Positions 35,762-44,046 of a stretch of DNA of 64,000 nt are shown here, in pieces. Both the position numbers and the translations under genes were made by a program. Every line of letters begins with the position of its first letter. Positions within the stretch are counted from its first letter, which is position 1. Location of the stretch: IMG/VR virus record IMGVR_UViG_3300027865_000007; one strand, 5' to 3'. This DNA is from a virus. Under the pieces are notes generated by a model that saw only the letters and a list, made by a program, of their open reading frames with translations, was not told the origin of the DNA and searched no databases.

Positions 35762-35941
35762 ATGGACAAATGGACAGAGATTTTCGAAGTCATCGAGAAG
35801 GCGCCGCTAGACAGTCGAATCAGAAGAAGAACCCTACTCTTCCTCAAGCTTGCCAAGGAAAAGTACTCACAGGAGATCTGCGACGAGATCATCAGTAGCA
35901 TAAAGAAGGAACTAGAGGAGATAAGAAAGGGTCTCAACTAA
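35762..35941 (+). CDS. small hypothetical protein (59 aa)
   Basis: ATG 3 nt after UDG stop; TAATG overlap with dnaE piece 1. Confidence 0.35.
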   Translation: MDKWTEIFEVIEKAPLDSRIRRRTLLFLKLAKEKYSQEICDEIISSIKKELEEIRKGLN

Positions 35942-36849
35942 TGGCTGAATTTGTACACCTTCATCTTCACTCAGATAGATCGCAACTTGACTCTATAATC
36001 CAGATCCCCAAGCTGATACCCCTCTGTAGAGAACAAGGAATGAGGGCTGTAGCCATCACCGATCACGGCGTGGTATCGGCTGCTATCAGGCTGTACGAGG
36101 AGGCGCGGAAGGAGAAGGATAAAGATGACAACCCTGTGGCGCCCATCAAGCCCATCATAGGCTGTGAGCTTTACCTAGCTCCTACAGATGACCATACGCT
36201 CCGCGAGCCACTGGAAGGTCATCCACCGCAACAGTGCTATCACCTTACGGCCCTAGCAAAGAACGCGGCGGGAGTCTCACAGCTATATCAACTCTCCTCG
36301 CTGGGTTATCTAGAGGGCTACTACTACAAGCCTAGAGTCTCTATCAAGCAGATCGAAGAGATCGGGAAAGACCTCATACTCCTAGGGGCTTGTGCCAAAG
36401 GCCCCGTCAGCTGGAGTCTTCGGAACGACAACCGAGCCCAAGCAGGGGAGTACCTGGCTCGTCTCCGCGACTCATTCAAGGACAGGTTCTACCTAGAGCT
36501 TATGTACCACGGGCTCCGCTTCCAGGAAGTACTAAACGAAGAGCTTCTAGAGATGTCCAGACTCTACGAGGTACCCTGGATCCCAACGAACGATGCTCAC
36601 TTCCTATCTAGGGAAGATCACTACGAGCACTCTCTAATGATGTGTCTCCAGCTGAAGAAGACTCTTCCAGAACTCGACGAAGCTAAGATGCGCTACCCAA
36701 CTGAGTGCTATGTGAAGAGTCCGGAGGAGATGGAGTCATACTGGGGTGAAGACGCCTGTAGAAGGACGCTTGAGATAGCAGAGCAGGTGGACATAACCCT
36801 AGAGCTAGACAAACAACGCTTCCCTCTTTACTCTGAGCCCGATATCTAG
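35941..36849 (+). CDS. dnaE: DNA polymerase III alpha (DnaE) fragment 1: PHP domain only
   Basis: FVHLHLHSDRSQLDS ... AVAITDHG ... IIGCELY ... HYHLTALAKN; ends at the position where piece 2 resumes in DnaE alignment. Confidence 0.85.
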   Translation: MAEFVHLHLHSDRSQLDSIIQIPKLIPLCREQGMRAVAITDHGVVSAAIRLYEEARKEKDKDDNPVAPIKPIIGCELYLAPTDDHTLREPLEGHPPQQCYHLTALAKNAAGVSQLYQLSSLGYLEGYYYKPRVSIKQIEEIGKDLILLGACAKGPVSWSLRNDNRAQAGEYLARLRDSFKDRFYLELMYHGLRFQEVLNEELLEMSRLYEVPWIPTNDAHFLSREDHYEHSLMMCLQLKKTLPELDEAKMRYPTECYVKSPEEMESYWGEDACRRTLEIAEQVDITLELDKQRFPLYSEPDI

Positions 36850-36853
36850 AGTA

Positions 36854-36862
36854 TGCTATAAT
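36854..36862 (+). promoter_or_regulatory. putative extended -10 promoter (TGcTATAAT) positioned for a leaderless transcript of the HNH gene
   Basis: TGnTATAAT ends 6 nt before the A of ATG 36869. Confidence 0.25.
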
Positions 36863-36868
36863 CTGGGG

Positions 36869-37753
36869 ATGAAGGATAGGACTTGTCAGATCGAGTGGTG
36901 CTCTTCCCCTATAGATAGGAAAGGGCTCTGCACTAGACACTACACCCAGCAATGGAGACACGGCCGGATCATTCCTAAAGGGAAGGAACGCCCCACAAGA
37001 AGGTTCGACCCAAGCGAAAAGGTCGAGATCAAATGTCCAGTATGTGAAGAGACATACAAGATCGGGCTGCCTTACTATCTCCACAGAGTACGAAACGGTA
37101 AGTATAGCCAATGCCACAAATGCTCACACAAGCTCCGCGTGGCAGACCTTCCATTAAATAAGAAGGTCGAGAAAGGTGTCATCGAGAAGCTTCCGGACGG
37201 CTCGACCGTTCACTGGGGCGACTTCACATACCGCAAAGGGGGAAGACTATTCAAAGTCCTATGCCGAGAGGGATGTCAAGGAAGAAAAGAGCGTAGGTGC
37301 CAGCCAACCTCACTTCTGAAAGGAAAGGGTCTGTGCATATCCTGCGCCATGCTCCGCCACCATAATGGAGGAAAGTTCCCAGAAGTTGGGGATAAGAGGC
37401 ACACCAGCACAGGATACACAGACATATACCTAGGAGCCAACTCACCTGAATGTCTCCACTCCAAGGCAGGATGGGTACCGGAACATCGGGCTGTATGGCT
37501 GGCTCATTTCCCAGAGGATAAGGAGAAGCTAGCCGACGGGTTTCACGTACACCATAAAGACGGCAACCAGACGAATAATCTAATAGAGAACTTGGCCTTG
37601 CTCTCCAGAAGCGACCACACTAAGTATACCTCCCGGCTCTCAAGCAGGCTTATGACGCTTCTAAATAACGGGGAGATTAAGATAGATAGTAAGCAGGCGG
37701 GACTAGAAGACATTCTATCCATCAACGACTGCTTCCCAGAATACTCGGAGTAA
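36869..37753 (+). CDS. HNH endonuclease (free-standing homing-endonuclease-like)
   Basis: Cys-rich N-terminus (CQIEWC...GLCTRHY) and C-terminal HVHHKDGNQTNNLIENLALLSRSDHTK HNH motif. Confidence 0.8.
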   Translation: MKDRTCQIEWCSSPIDRKGLCTRHYTQQWRHGRIIPKGKERPTRRFDPSEKVEIKCPVCEETYKIGLPYYLHRVRNGKYSQCHKCSHKLRVADLPLNKKVEKGVIEKLPDGSTVHWGDFTYRKGGRLFKVLCREGCQGRKERRCQPTSLLKGKGLCISCAMLRHHNGGKFPEVGDKRHTSTGYTDIYLGANSPECLHSKAGWVPEHRAVWLAHFPEDKEKLADGFHVHHKDGNQTNNLIENLALLSRSDHTKYTSRLSSRLMTLLNNGEIKIDSKQAGLEDILSINDCFPEYSE

Positions 37754-37755
37754 AT

Positions 37756-38382
37756 ATGAAGTTTTGCTTGATTTCGGATACCCACGGACACCACCGCAAG
37801 ATAGATATTCCTAAGGACTGCGATGCCATCCTCTTCGCGGGGGATATGACTAAAAGAGGAGAGCCCGCCCTCCTAGCAGACTTCGCCGCGTGGACAGAGG
37901 AGCTAGGAAAGCCATTCGTAGCTATAGCGGGGAACCACGACCTCTCCCTAGACAAGGACACCTCCCTAGAGCCACTGCTAGACAACCTTTGCTACCTGCG
38001 GGATTCCTCTGTCGAGTTCGACGGAATAAAGATCTATGGCTCTCCTATGGCAAAGAAGATTGGAGTCTGGGCATTCGGCTATCAGACAGATGGAGAAGCT
38101 AAGGAGTACTGGGATCTCATCCCAGACGACACCGACATCCTGATTACCCACGGCCCGCCGTTAGGCATGCTTGACAAGCTATACTACGGAGGGGAAAGGG
38201 TAGGCTGCCCAGTCCTACTAAAGGCCATCGACCGAGTGAAACCAAAGCTCCATCTATTCGGCCACATACATGAGAGATGGGGAATTATCAAGAGCCATCC
38301 AACGATCTTTGTAAACGCATCCATCTGCACTTGGCCAGGAGTGGCACCAACAAACAAGCCATTCGTGCTAAACATAGGATAG
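37756..38382 (+). CDS. calcineurin-like metallophosphoesterase
   Basis: ISDTHGH, GDMTKRG, GNHD, GHIHE motifs. Confidence 0.65.
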   Translation: MKFCLISDTHGHHRKIDIPKDCDAILFAGDMTKRGEPALLADFAAWTEELGKPFVAIAGNHDLSLDKDTSLEPLLDNLCYLRDSSVEFDGIKIYGSPMAKKIGVWAFGYQTDGEAKEYWDLIPDDTDILITHGPPLGMLDKLYYGGERVGCPVLLKAIDRVKPKLHLFGHIHERWGIIKSHPTIFVNASICTWPGVAPTNKPFVLNIG

Positions 38383-38391
38383 GAGCTATAG

Positions 38392-39006
38392 ATGAAACCA
38401 ATCTACAAGGAGGACTTCCGTACCATTAGAGCTAACACCTTCAGCGGGGTTAGGGTCAATGATTCTCAGCTAAGCGACGAGCCTACAGACATCTCGGCCT
38501 GGTTTGGAGGAGAGAATATCGGCTGCGTGCAGGAGGTCAACCTACAGATAACCAAGCAAATACTCCCTCCATATATGAGCAACCCAGACCCTAGGACTTT
38601 CAGCAAGGGCCAACAGGCTTTCGCAGGCAGTCTTACCTTCATCAACCTCAACAGAGATCTGGTCGCAGAGAAGCTAAGGGAGGAGATCCTCTACCCAGAC
38701 ATCCCCGCGATCAAAGAGGGAGATCCCTTCCCGCAAATCAAACTTGGTTCGTGCGAGTGTACGACTATCGAGGACTACCACCTAGATCAGTTCCCTCCAT
38801 TCGACATCGTCATAAGCCTAAGCAGCTTCCAAATGGTCATAGCGGGCGCAGAACTTCTCGTCGAGGGTTGGAGTTGCTGCATTGATGGGGTAGAGACAGA
38901 AAGGTCGCTTACCTATCTCGCCAGGAACTTCTTTATGCGCCCAATTCCGAGGGAGACAGAGACCAAGTCCGAAGATCCCTTCAATCTCCTAAAGAAACTG
39001 CTGTAA
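38392..39006 (+). CDS. hypothetical protein ending in conserved C-terminal tail DPFNLLKKLL
   Basis: C-terminus shared with 61455-61829 and 63273-63680. Confidence 0.5.
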   Translation: MKPIYKEDFRTIRANTFSGVRVNDSQLSDEPTDISAWFGGENIGCVQEVNLQITKQILPPYMSNPDPRTFSKGQQAFAGSLTFINLNRDLVAEKLREEILYPDIPAIKEGDPFPQIKLGSCECTTIEDYHLDQFPPFDIVISLSSFQMVIAGAELLVEGWSCCIDGVETERSLTYLARNFFMRPIPRETETKSEDPFNLLKKLL

Positions 39007-39010
39007 CCGA

Positions 39011-39394
39011 ATGCCGACTAAGCTCTACGAACCTTCGTATGTCAACCAGCCGGCAGATGGATCTTACCACGGTCTAGAGAAGGTAATGACTCAGTACTCT
39101 AACGGTACCGGTTTTAGTAAAGAAGACTTCGTCAACCCGCCAACCGATGGAGAGACCCAAAAGCTAACGGCTATGATCACGAAGATCTTCGAAGATCATA
39201 GCAAGGCGATCAATAAGGCGATCACCGACGAGCTCAAAGACTATTCCATCTCTGCCAAGAAGGCTTCGAAGCCGGCAGTAGTAGATCAATCAGGCAATGG
39301 CAACCACGGTGTAATTACCCCAGAAACCAAAAGCCCGCGGACTAGAACTCAGAGAGTCAAAGACCGGATGAAAGAGAAGTTCTTCACCGAATGA
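39011..39394 (+). CDS. hypothetical protein
   Basis: 127-aa ORF. Confidence 0.45.
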   Translation: MPTKLYEPSYVNQPADGSYHGLEKVMTQYSNGTGFSKEDFVNPPTDGETQKLTAMITKIFEDHSKAINKAITDELKDYSISAKKASKPAVVDQSGNGNHGVITPETKSPRTRTQRVKDRMKEKFFTE

Positions 39395-40062
39395 AACCTA
39401 TCTTCATCGAAGCAACGACACTAAGCGACGCATGGTTTCAAGCCCTCGATGCCGTAATGGATCACGGTAGAGTATGGACTGTAGATCACGGTTCCTATAT
39501 AGGACAGGATAGATGGGAGCTAGACTACGTTACGATTCACGTCAAAGACCCGGGAGCAAGACCTCTAATACCAGAGATCCCACCCGGACTAGCAATCCCG
39601 CCGCCGGTGAGCGACGAGTACGTTGAGGATTATCTTCCATACCTGATGACCGACCATAGGGAGCCAGGAGAGCAATACACCTATGGCGAACGCCTGAAGC
39701 CTCAAATGGAAGAGATCATAAGAAGGTATAAGAAGCACGGGTTTGGTTCCAATCAGGAGTGCATTGCCATAGCTAAACCAGAGGACATTATGTTAGATGA
39801 TCCTCCGTGCCTCAGACAGATAGACACCAGGATCTACAAAGACGAATGTCGTGAGGGCCCCGCCACCCTCCACTTCGTCTGCTACTTCAGGAGCTGGGAT
39901 CTATGGGGTGGATTCCCCGCGAACCTAGCAGGGATAAGGCTCGTCCAGGAATATATGGCTCTAGAGATTGGAGTCGAGGCAGGCGAGATGATTGTTGCAT
40001 CTAAAGGACTACATATCTACGACCATGCCTGGGATGTAGCTAAGATCAGAACTGCGAGATAG
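39391..40062 (+). CDS. thymidylate synthase (ThyA)-fold protein, short divergent form (TS or pyrimidine hydroxymethylase candidate)
   Basis: DPPCLRQID (PCH-like nucleophile region) and YFRSWDLWGGFPANLAGIRLVQEYMA (YQRSxD..G.PFNIASY-like). Confidence 0.6.
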   Translation: MKPIFIEATTLSDAWFQALDAVMDHGRVWTVDHGSYIGQDRWELDYVTIHVKDPGARPLIPEIPPGLAIPPPVSDEYVEDYLPYLMTDHREPGEQYTYGERLKPQMEEIIRRYKKHGFGSNQECIAIAKPEDIMLDDPPCLRQIDTRIYKDECREGPATLHFVCYFRSWDLWGGFPANLAGIRLVQEYMALEIGVEAGEMIVASKGLHIYDHAWDVAKIRTAR

Positions 40063-40064
40063 CA

Positions 40065-40253
40065 ATGAGAGAACAGTCAACAAGCCCACAGGAAGGACAA
40101 TGGTACTTCCGCCGGACAACTAAGGAGAAATTCTACGTTGATTTGGTGGACGGCAAGATTACCTACTGCCGGAGACAGGACGGAACCTATCTATGTGTGA
40201 GCACCCAGGAATTTGATGGCGGCTTCTCAAAAGTCGAAACACCCTCGCTGTAA
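40065..40253 (+). CDS. hypothetical protein
   Basis: 62-aa ORF. Confidence 0.3.
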   Translation: MREQSTSPQEGQWYFRRTTKEKFYVDLVDGKITYCRRQDGTYLCVSTQEFDGGFSKVETPSL

Positions 40254-40419
40254 GGGGTGCGGAACAGCCAGGCCACTAGAGGTTTTCTACGATACTCCTG
40301 GAGGCGACATATACCTCTGTTCTAACTGCATCTCAGAGCTACTCTACCGAATGCTAGACGGCTACTACGACGACGTAGGAGAAGTCTACGAGGAGTGGAT
40401 ATATGACAAGAAAGTATAG
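40213..40419 (+). CDS. small zinc-ribbon protein
   Basis: CKGCG ... CSNC. Confidence 0.35.
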   Translation: MMAASQKSKHPRCKGCGTARPLEVFYDTPGGDIYLCSNCISELLYRMLDGYYDDVGEVYEEWIYDKKV

Positions 40420-40744
40420 GGTCGAGTGGCAGGTCGAGTTCGACAGAGACGTCCTCTGCATCAAGATCGTCAGAGAAGACAGCGACAGTAAGAGAGGCAT
40501 TATCCTTCGCGTCCCCGACTCCGCTCTAATAGAGACCGACGAAGACGAGCAGTACGGCAAGCAGACTATCAAATGCTGGGACTACGATGGAGAAGGAGAG
40601 GAAGAGACTGTCATCGGCGGGGATGCAGATATTCTCAAGGACGGCAATATGGAACCTCCAGATCTTGATGGGCTATTCAAGTGGGAGGCACCGAAATCGG
40701 GGATGGAAGAGCTGCTCGCCCATATCCTGAGCAATAAAAAGTAG
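40403..40744 (+). CDS. hypothetical acidic protein
   Basis: 113-aa ORF. Confidence 0.4.
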   Translation: MTRKYRVEWQVEFDRDVLCIKIVREDSDSKRGIILRVPDSALIETDEDEQYGKQTIKCWDYDGEGEEETVIGGDADILKDGNMEPPDLDGLFKWEAPKSGMEELLAHILSNKK

Positions 40745-40777
40745 CAGTAGTTCTCTTTAGTGCTACAGTAATACAAG

Positions 40778-40862
40778 GGAAGGGTGACCGAGTCAGGCCG
40801 ATGGTGCACGCCTGAAGCGTGTGGTCCGAAAGGGCCCGTAGGTTCAAATCCTACTCCTTCCG
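40778..40862 (+). tRNA. class II (long variable arm) serine-type tRNA whose anticodon reads GAA (Phe)
   Basis: Acceptor GGAAGGG/UCCUUCC (as in tRNA-Ser), G73; D-arm ACCG-AGTCAGGCCGA-TGGT; anticodon arm CACGC-CUGAAGC-GUGUG (anticodon 40814-40816 GAA); variable hairpin with GAAA loop; T-arm GTAGG-TTCAAAT-CCTAC. Aligns base-for-base with the tRNA-Ser(GCU) at 42203. Confidence 0.6.
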
Positions 40863-40876
40863 CCGAGAGAAGGTAA

Positions 40877-41239
40877 ATGAAGCATCTGCTAGGAATCCTA
40901 CTTGCTCTAATCATCTCATTCCCAATCGTTTCCTATGCAGAACTAGAACCTCCCCTACCAGAGAGGTTCACCACAATGACCCTTGCCGGTGCCTCAACTT
41001 TTTCTCTAGGCATTGGGCTACTAACTACAGCCCTACTAACTACACAGTGGGAACCAATCGAAGCCTCGGCAGAGATCCTTGGTACAACCTTCATAGGGGT
41101 ACTAGAACCAGACAACCCCGCCGGGCTATGGGTTGTATACGGAATAGCAGGGGCAGCAATCTTAGCTGGGATCATTATTATCGTGATAGACTCCATCTAT
41201 CGGGCACTTAGAAGATGCCGGCGTAGCTCCAATGATTAG
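40877..41239 (+). CDS. membrane protein with signal peptide
   Basis: Signal peptide then two TM segments. Confidence 0.45.
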   Translation: MKHLLGILLALIISFPIVSYAELEPPLPERFTTMTLAGASTFSLGIGLLTTALLTTQWEPIEASAEILGTTFIGVLEPDNPAGLWVVYGIAGAAILAGIIIIVIDSIYRALRRCRRSSND

Positions 41240-41301
41240 AGCGAGGCTTTCGTAAAGCTTAGGTGTTGGTTTGACTCCAACCGCCGGCTCCAGGAGGAAC
41301 A

Positions 41302-41637
41302 ATGCTATCAGTGAAGTTCACCGAGAAAGACTGCGAATATCTCAACACATATGATGCTTTCTCTGCAGACTGGTATGAGGAACTAGCTAGCAAATGTTCC
41401 TGCGCACCCAGAGAGCTGAGAACGCTCGGCCTATTCGACCTAATCGATAGGCTAGACGAGGAGAAAGATTTTCTCGTAGTCCTGCAGTTCAACTCGCTAC
41501 CCGTTAGGCCCTGGTTCGAACCTGAAGGAGGATATGCATCAGTTGGCACCACCAAAACAACCGTCGATAGTCCCGCCGCAACCAAAGAAGAAGCCAAAGA
41601 GAAAGAAGCCCCGAAAGCCAAAGAGGAAAGGCAATGA
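41302..41637 (+). CDS. hypothetical protein
   Basis: 111-aa ORF with KE-rich tail. Confidence 0.4.
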   Translation: MLSVKFTEKDCEYLNTYDAFSADWYEELASKCSCAPRELRTLGLFDLIDRLDEEKDFLVVLQFNSLPVRPWFEPEGGYASVGTTKTTVDSPAATKEEAKEKEAPKAKEERQ

Positions 41638-41665
41638 GAGACAATAAAAGCTGCCTCAACTGCAA

Positions 41666-41902
41666 GTGGTGGCCAGGGAACTGGCCCGACACTATCTTAT
41701 ATCCGGATGGTATGGGGTTGAGCAGGACGAGCTCGTAGAGATCCTGGTGATACACGAGCCCCACGTGAATGTTAGGAGCAACGACGGCAGAGACCTCTGC
41801 TTGCCAAAAAGCATACTGATATCCGTAGCTGAGGAGAAGACTCCCCCAGCACCAAAGAAGAAGAAAGAGGCAAAGCCTGGCCCCAATGGGTTCTATATTT
41901 AG
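41666..41902 (+). CDS. hypothetical protein
   Basis: 78-aa ORF. Confidence 0.35.
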   Translation: MVARELARHYLISGWYGVEQDELVEILVIHEPHVNVRSNDGRDLCLPKSILISVAEEKTPPAPKKKKEAKPGPNGFYI

Positions 41903-41906
41903 ATAA

Positions 41907-41983
41907 GCCCGAGTCGCCTAGCTGGTATGGCGTCAGGTTTCCAACCTGAAATAAGATCGGTTCGAGTCCGTTCTCGGGTTCCA
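41907..41983 (+). tRNA. tRNA-Gly (anticodon UCC), CCA encoded
   Basis: Acceptor GCCCGAG/CUCGGGU (G1-U72), D-arm GCC-AGCUGGUA-GGC, anticodon arm UCAGG-UUUCCAA-CCUGA (anticodon 41940-41942), T-loop TTCGAGT (one U-U mismatch in stem), CCA at 41981-41983. Confidence 0.7.
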
Positions 41984-41995
41984 AGGAGAAGAGAG

Positions 41996-42196
41996 ATGTA
42001 TACACTAGAAGAAGCACGAGAAGCCAAGGAAGAGTTCAAGAAGCTTTACCCCGGCATCACCGTCGGGGTCGGGGCCTTGCCCGAGCCTCATCTTGCAGTT
42101 AGGGTTCAAAGTAAGTCAGACCTGCTGAGGATGCCTGCCGAGGTACTAGGCGTTACGGTGCAAGCTATTCTTACCGATGTACCAAGGGCATACTAA
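41996..42196 (+). CDS. hypothetical protein
   Basis: ATG 41996 with AAGGAG RBS right after the tRNA. Confidence 0.35.
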   Translation: MYTLEEAREAKEEFKKLYPGITVGVGALPEPHLAVRVQSKSDLLRMPAEVLGVTVQAILTDVPRAY

Positions 42197-42202
42197 GCCC
42201 AT

Positions 42203-42291
42203 AGAGAGGTGGCCGAGTCAGGCTTATGGCACCGTCCTGCTAAGGCGGAGGCCCCGAAAGGGGTCCGTGAGTTCGAATCTCACCCTCTCTG
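42203..42291 (+). tRNA. tRNA-Ser (anticodon GCU), class II
   Basis: Acceptor AGAGAGG/CCUCUCU, G73; D-arm GCCG-AGTCAGGCTTA-TGGC; anticodon arm CCGUC-CUGCUAA-GGCGG (anticodon 42239-42241); long variable hairpin GGCCCC-GAAA-GGGGUCC; T-arm GTGAG-TTCGAAT-CTCAC. Confidence 0.8.
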
Positions 42292-42303
42292 CTAGGAGTA
42301 AAG

Positions 42304-42843
42304 ATGGTTAGAGCAGCAACGGCAATTATAGCCCTACTCTGTCTAAGTAGTTGCGGCCAGAGATGCTACGACAATAGCTATGCCAACATCACAGATTACA
42401 ACGTTAGTCCTAATGCCACTACGCCCGGCGGAATAGAAGTAGACACCTCCGATCTGCCCGCCAACCTTATAGAAATAGACAGGCAGACAGAAGCACTAGA
42501 AGCCTGCCTCAAGATGACAGTAGATAGAGACTGTCTCACAGTCTTGATTGCTCCGGACTGGTATATCTCTGAGTGCTCGGGTCAGCAGCTCTTCCCCTGT
42601 AGGATCAACCCAGACATCTGTAGAGACAAGATGCGGAGAGACGGAATGGCGGAGGAAGAGATAGAGGAGACTCTTCTAGTCTGTCCCTGTGCCTGCCGGG
42701 CCACCATACAAGACGAGAATGTGGTAGTTGCCACGCCTAACCTCTTGCTCTATAGAGCAGAGCTCGCTAGAATGCTCACTGGAATCAACAACCCGTGGAT
42801 ACCAGGCATCAGCGAGTGTCTCCTAGATCACTCAGAGGAATAA
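42304..42843 (+). CDS. lipoprotein (Cys-rich)
   Basis: Signal peptide with lipobox LSSC. Confidence 0.5.
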   Translation: MVRAATAIIALLCLSSCGQRCYDNSYANITDYNVSPNATTPGGIEVDTSDLPANLIEIDRQTEALEACLKMTVDRDCLTVLIAPDWYISECSGQQLFPCRINPDICRDKMRRDGMAEEEIEETLLVCPCACRATIQDENVVVATPNLLLYRAELARMLTGINNPWIPGISECLLDHSEE

Positions 42844-43187
42844 CGAAAAAGGGAATCCTGCTCGCCGTAATGGCAATTGCTTTATCAGCTTGCTCAGAGG
42901 GTGGAACGCTACCCATTCACCTCCAGAACGACGAGGGACTCTACATACAGGTTGCTGACTCAACCAGGCTAGAGTCTGGGACGCCGATGGTTAAGGTGCG
43001 TCTATCGAATGACGCCCCGATCCCCCAGGTAGCAGATCTAACCTGTACCTTCAGGTCAGGAGAGTACGCCCAGGAAGCTTTCTACCGCATCGAGATGGGG
43101 CCGCGGGAATGGGAGTACGTTTACGTAATGGGGCCCAGAATAGGATTTGGTGTTCGTGCTCAGTGCGAAGTGGAGAGGGGAAGATAA
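42795..43187 (+). CDS. possible lipoprotein (start uncertain)
   Basis: Hydrophobic stretch with lipobox-like LSAC; tracked ATG overlaps the upstream gene by 49 nt. Confidence 0.35.
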   Translation: MDTRHQRVSPRSLRGITKKGILLAVMAIALSACSEGGTLPIHLQNDEGLYIQVADSTRLESGTPMVKVRLSNDAPIPQVADLTCTFRSGEYAQEAFYRIEMGPREWEYVYVMGPRIGFGVRAQCEVERGR

Positions 43188-43189
43188 GG

Positions 43190-43417
43190 TTGCACTATAA
43201 GCAATGCGTCCTAGACAGAAGCGGCACACGAACTGTCACGTGGCTCCCAGAAGAGTTTGCAAAGCCAGGAAAGGTCGTGAAACTCCGCAAGAAAAGGCAG
43301 GAAGACTGGACTGATGGATGGCAGGTAAAGGTAGTTGGGAAGAAAAGGCTTAGTGAGGAGCAAATTGCCTGTATTGACAGACAGTTCCTACATCACCGAG
43401 AGACGACAGACATCTAG
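43190..43417 (+). CDS. hypothetical basic protein (TTG start)
   Basis: TTG at 43190 preceded by GAGAGGGGAAG; the tracked ORF starts earlier at 43109. Confidence 0.3.
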   Translation: MHYKQCVLDRSGTRTVTWLPEEFAKPGKVVKLRKKRQEDWTDGWQVKVVGKKRLSEEQIACIDRQFLHHRETTDI

Positions 43418-43500
43418 GAAGGTGAACCCGACGGGCTGCCGGGGCTCGCCTCGAAAGCGAAGTGTCCTGAGATGGATGGGGATCGTGCCCTCCGCCTTCC
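43417..43500 (+). other. GC-rich structured intergenic element (outer stem GGAAGG...CCTTCC enclosing internal helices); possible small RNA or regulatory structure
   Basis: About 85-nt non-coding segment, about 70% GC with nested complementarity. Not foldable as a canonical tRNA (no T-loop). Confidence 0.25.
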
Positions 43501-43551
43501 GCTAAGTACTTGCAATTACTAGAAGAAGAGAAAGCAGAGATCAGAAGAGTG

Positions 43552-43560
43552 TGGTATAAT
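43552..43560 (+). promoter_or_regulatory. extended -10-like element TGgTATAAT abutting the start codon of the next ORF
   Basis: Perfect TGnTATAAT; the ATG at 43562 is only 1 nt downstream, so function as a promoter for that gene is doubtful. Confidence 0.2.
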
Positions 43561-43561
43561 T

Positions 43562-43846
43562 ATGGCTCAAGCACTGACTGAAGAAGAGATTCTAGGGACG
43601 TATATAGAGTTGCAGAAGAGAGTGTGGAATCTGATCGAGAGTCCTATCGGTCAGCTCCAGTACAAACTACGTCGACTCGACCCGAAAGACACGCCACCAC
43701 TGGATATCAGAAATGTGGGGAAGATAGTCGGCAAGATGGACGCTCTCAAAATTCTTCTACACTCCCTCGAAACAGACTTAGGTGTCGAGATAATCGAGCT
43801 GGAAAAAAGGGCAAGCAAGAGAAGGAACAAAGAGGAAAACGGATGA
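43562..43846 (+). CDS. hypothetical protein
   Basis: 94-aa ORF. Confidence 0.4.
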   Translation: MAQALTEEEILGTYIELQKRVWNLIESPIGQLQYKLRRLDPKDTPPLDIRNVGKIVGKMDALKILLHSLETDLGVEIIELEKRASKRRNKEENG

Positions 43847-44037
43847 AGCACGAAATCGAAATCACAGTCCTCCCAGGAGGCAAGCTCGAGACAGAGGTAA
43901 AGGGCGTATCAGGCCCAAACTGCGAAGGTCTGTCCGTGTGGCTTGAGCAGCTCGGTGAGGTTCTAGAGCACAAGAGGACCGTCCCTGCAAAGAAGAAGAC
44001 CAAGGAGAAGGTCGGCATCAAGCAGAAGGTCGGTTAG
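43843..44037 (+). CDS. hypothetical protein
   Basis: ATGA overlap with upstream gene. Confidence 0.4.
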   Translation: MKHEIEITVLPGGKLETEVKGVSGPNCEGLSVWLEQLGEVLEHKRTVPAKKKTKEKVGIKQKVG

Positions 44038-44046
44038 GAGAGAACG

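Noticed and set aside
40806-40823. Shifted anticodon-stem register for the 40778 tRNA giving loop CCUGAAG (anticodon UGA, Ser)
   Set aside because: It would leave no residue 26 and place C at position 33. Base-for-base alignment with the paralogous tRNA-Ser(GCU) at 42203 supports the CUGAAGC loop (anticodon GAA).
41240-41301. Hairpin GTTGG-TTTGACT-CCAAC in the gap before 41302
   Set aside because: Single 5-bp stem without T-run or other tRNA or terminator features; too weak to call.
43417-43500. Possible fifth tRNA in the GC-rich intergenic segment
   Set aside because: No T-loop consensus or cloverleaf could be built; kept only as an unspecified structured element.
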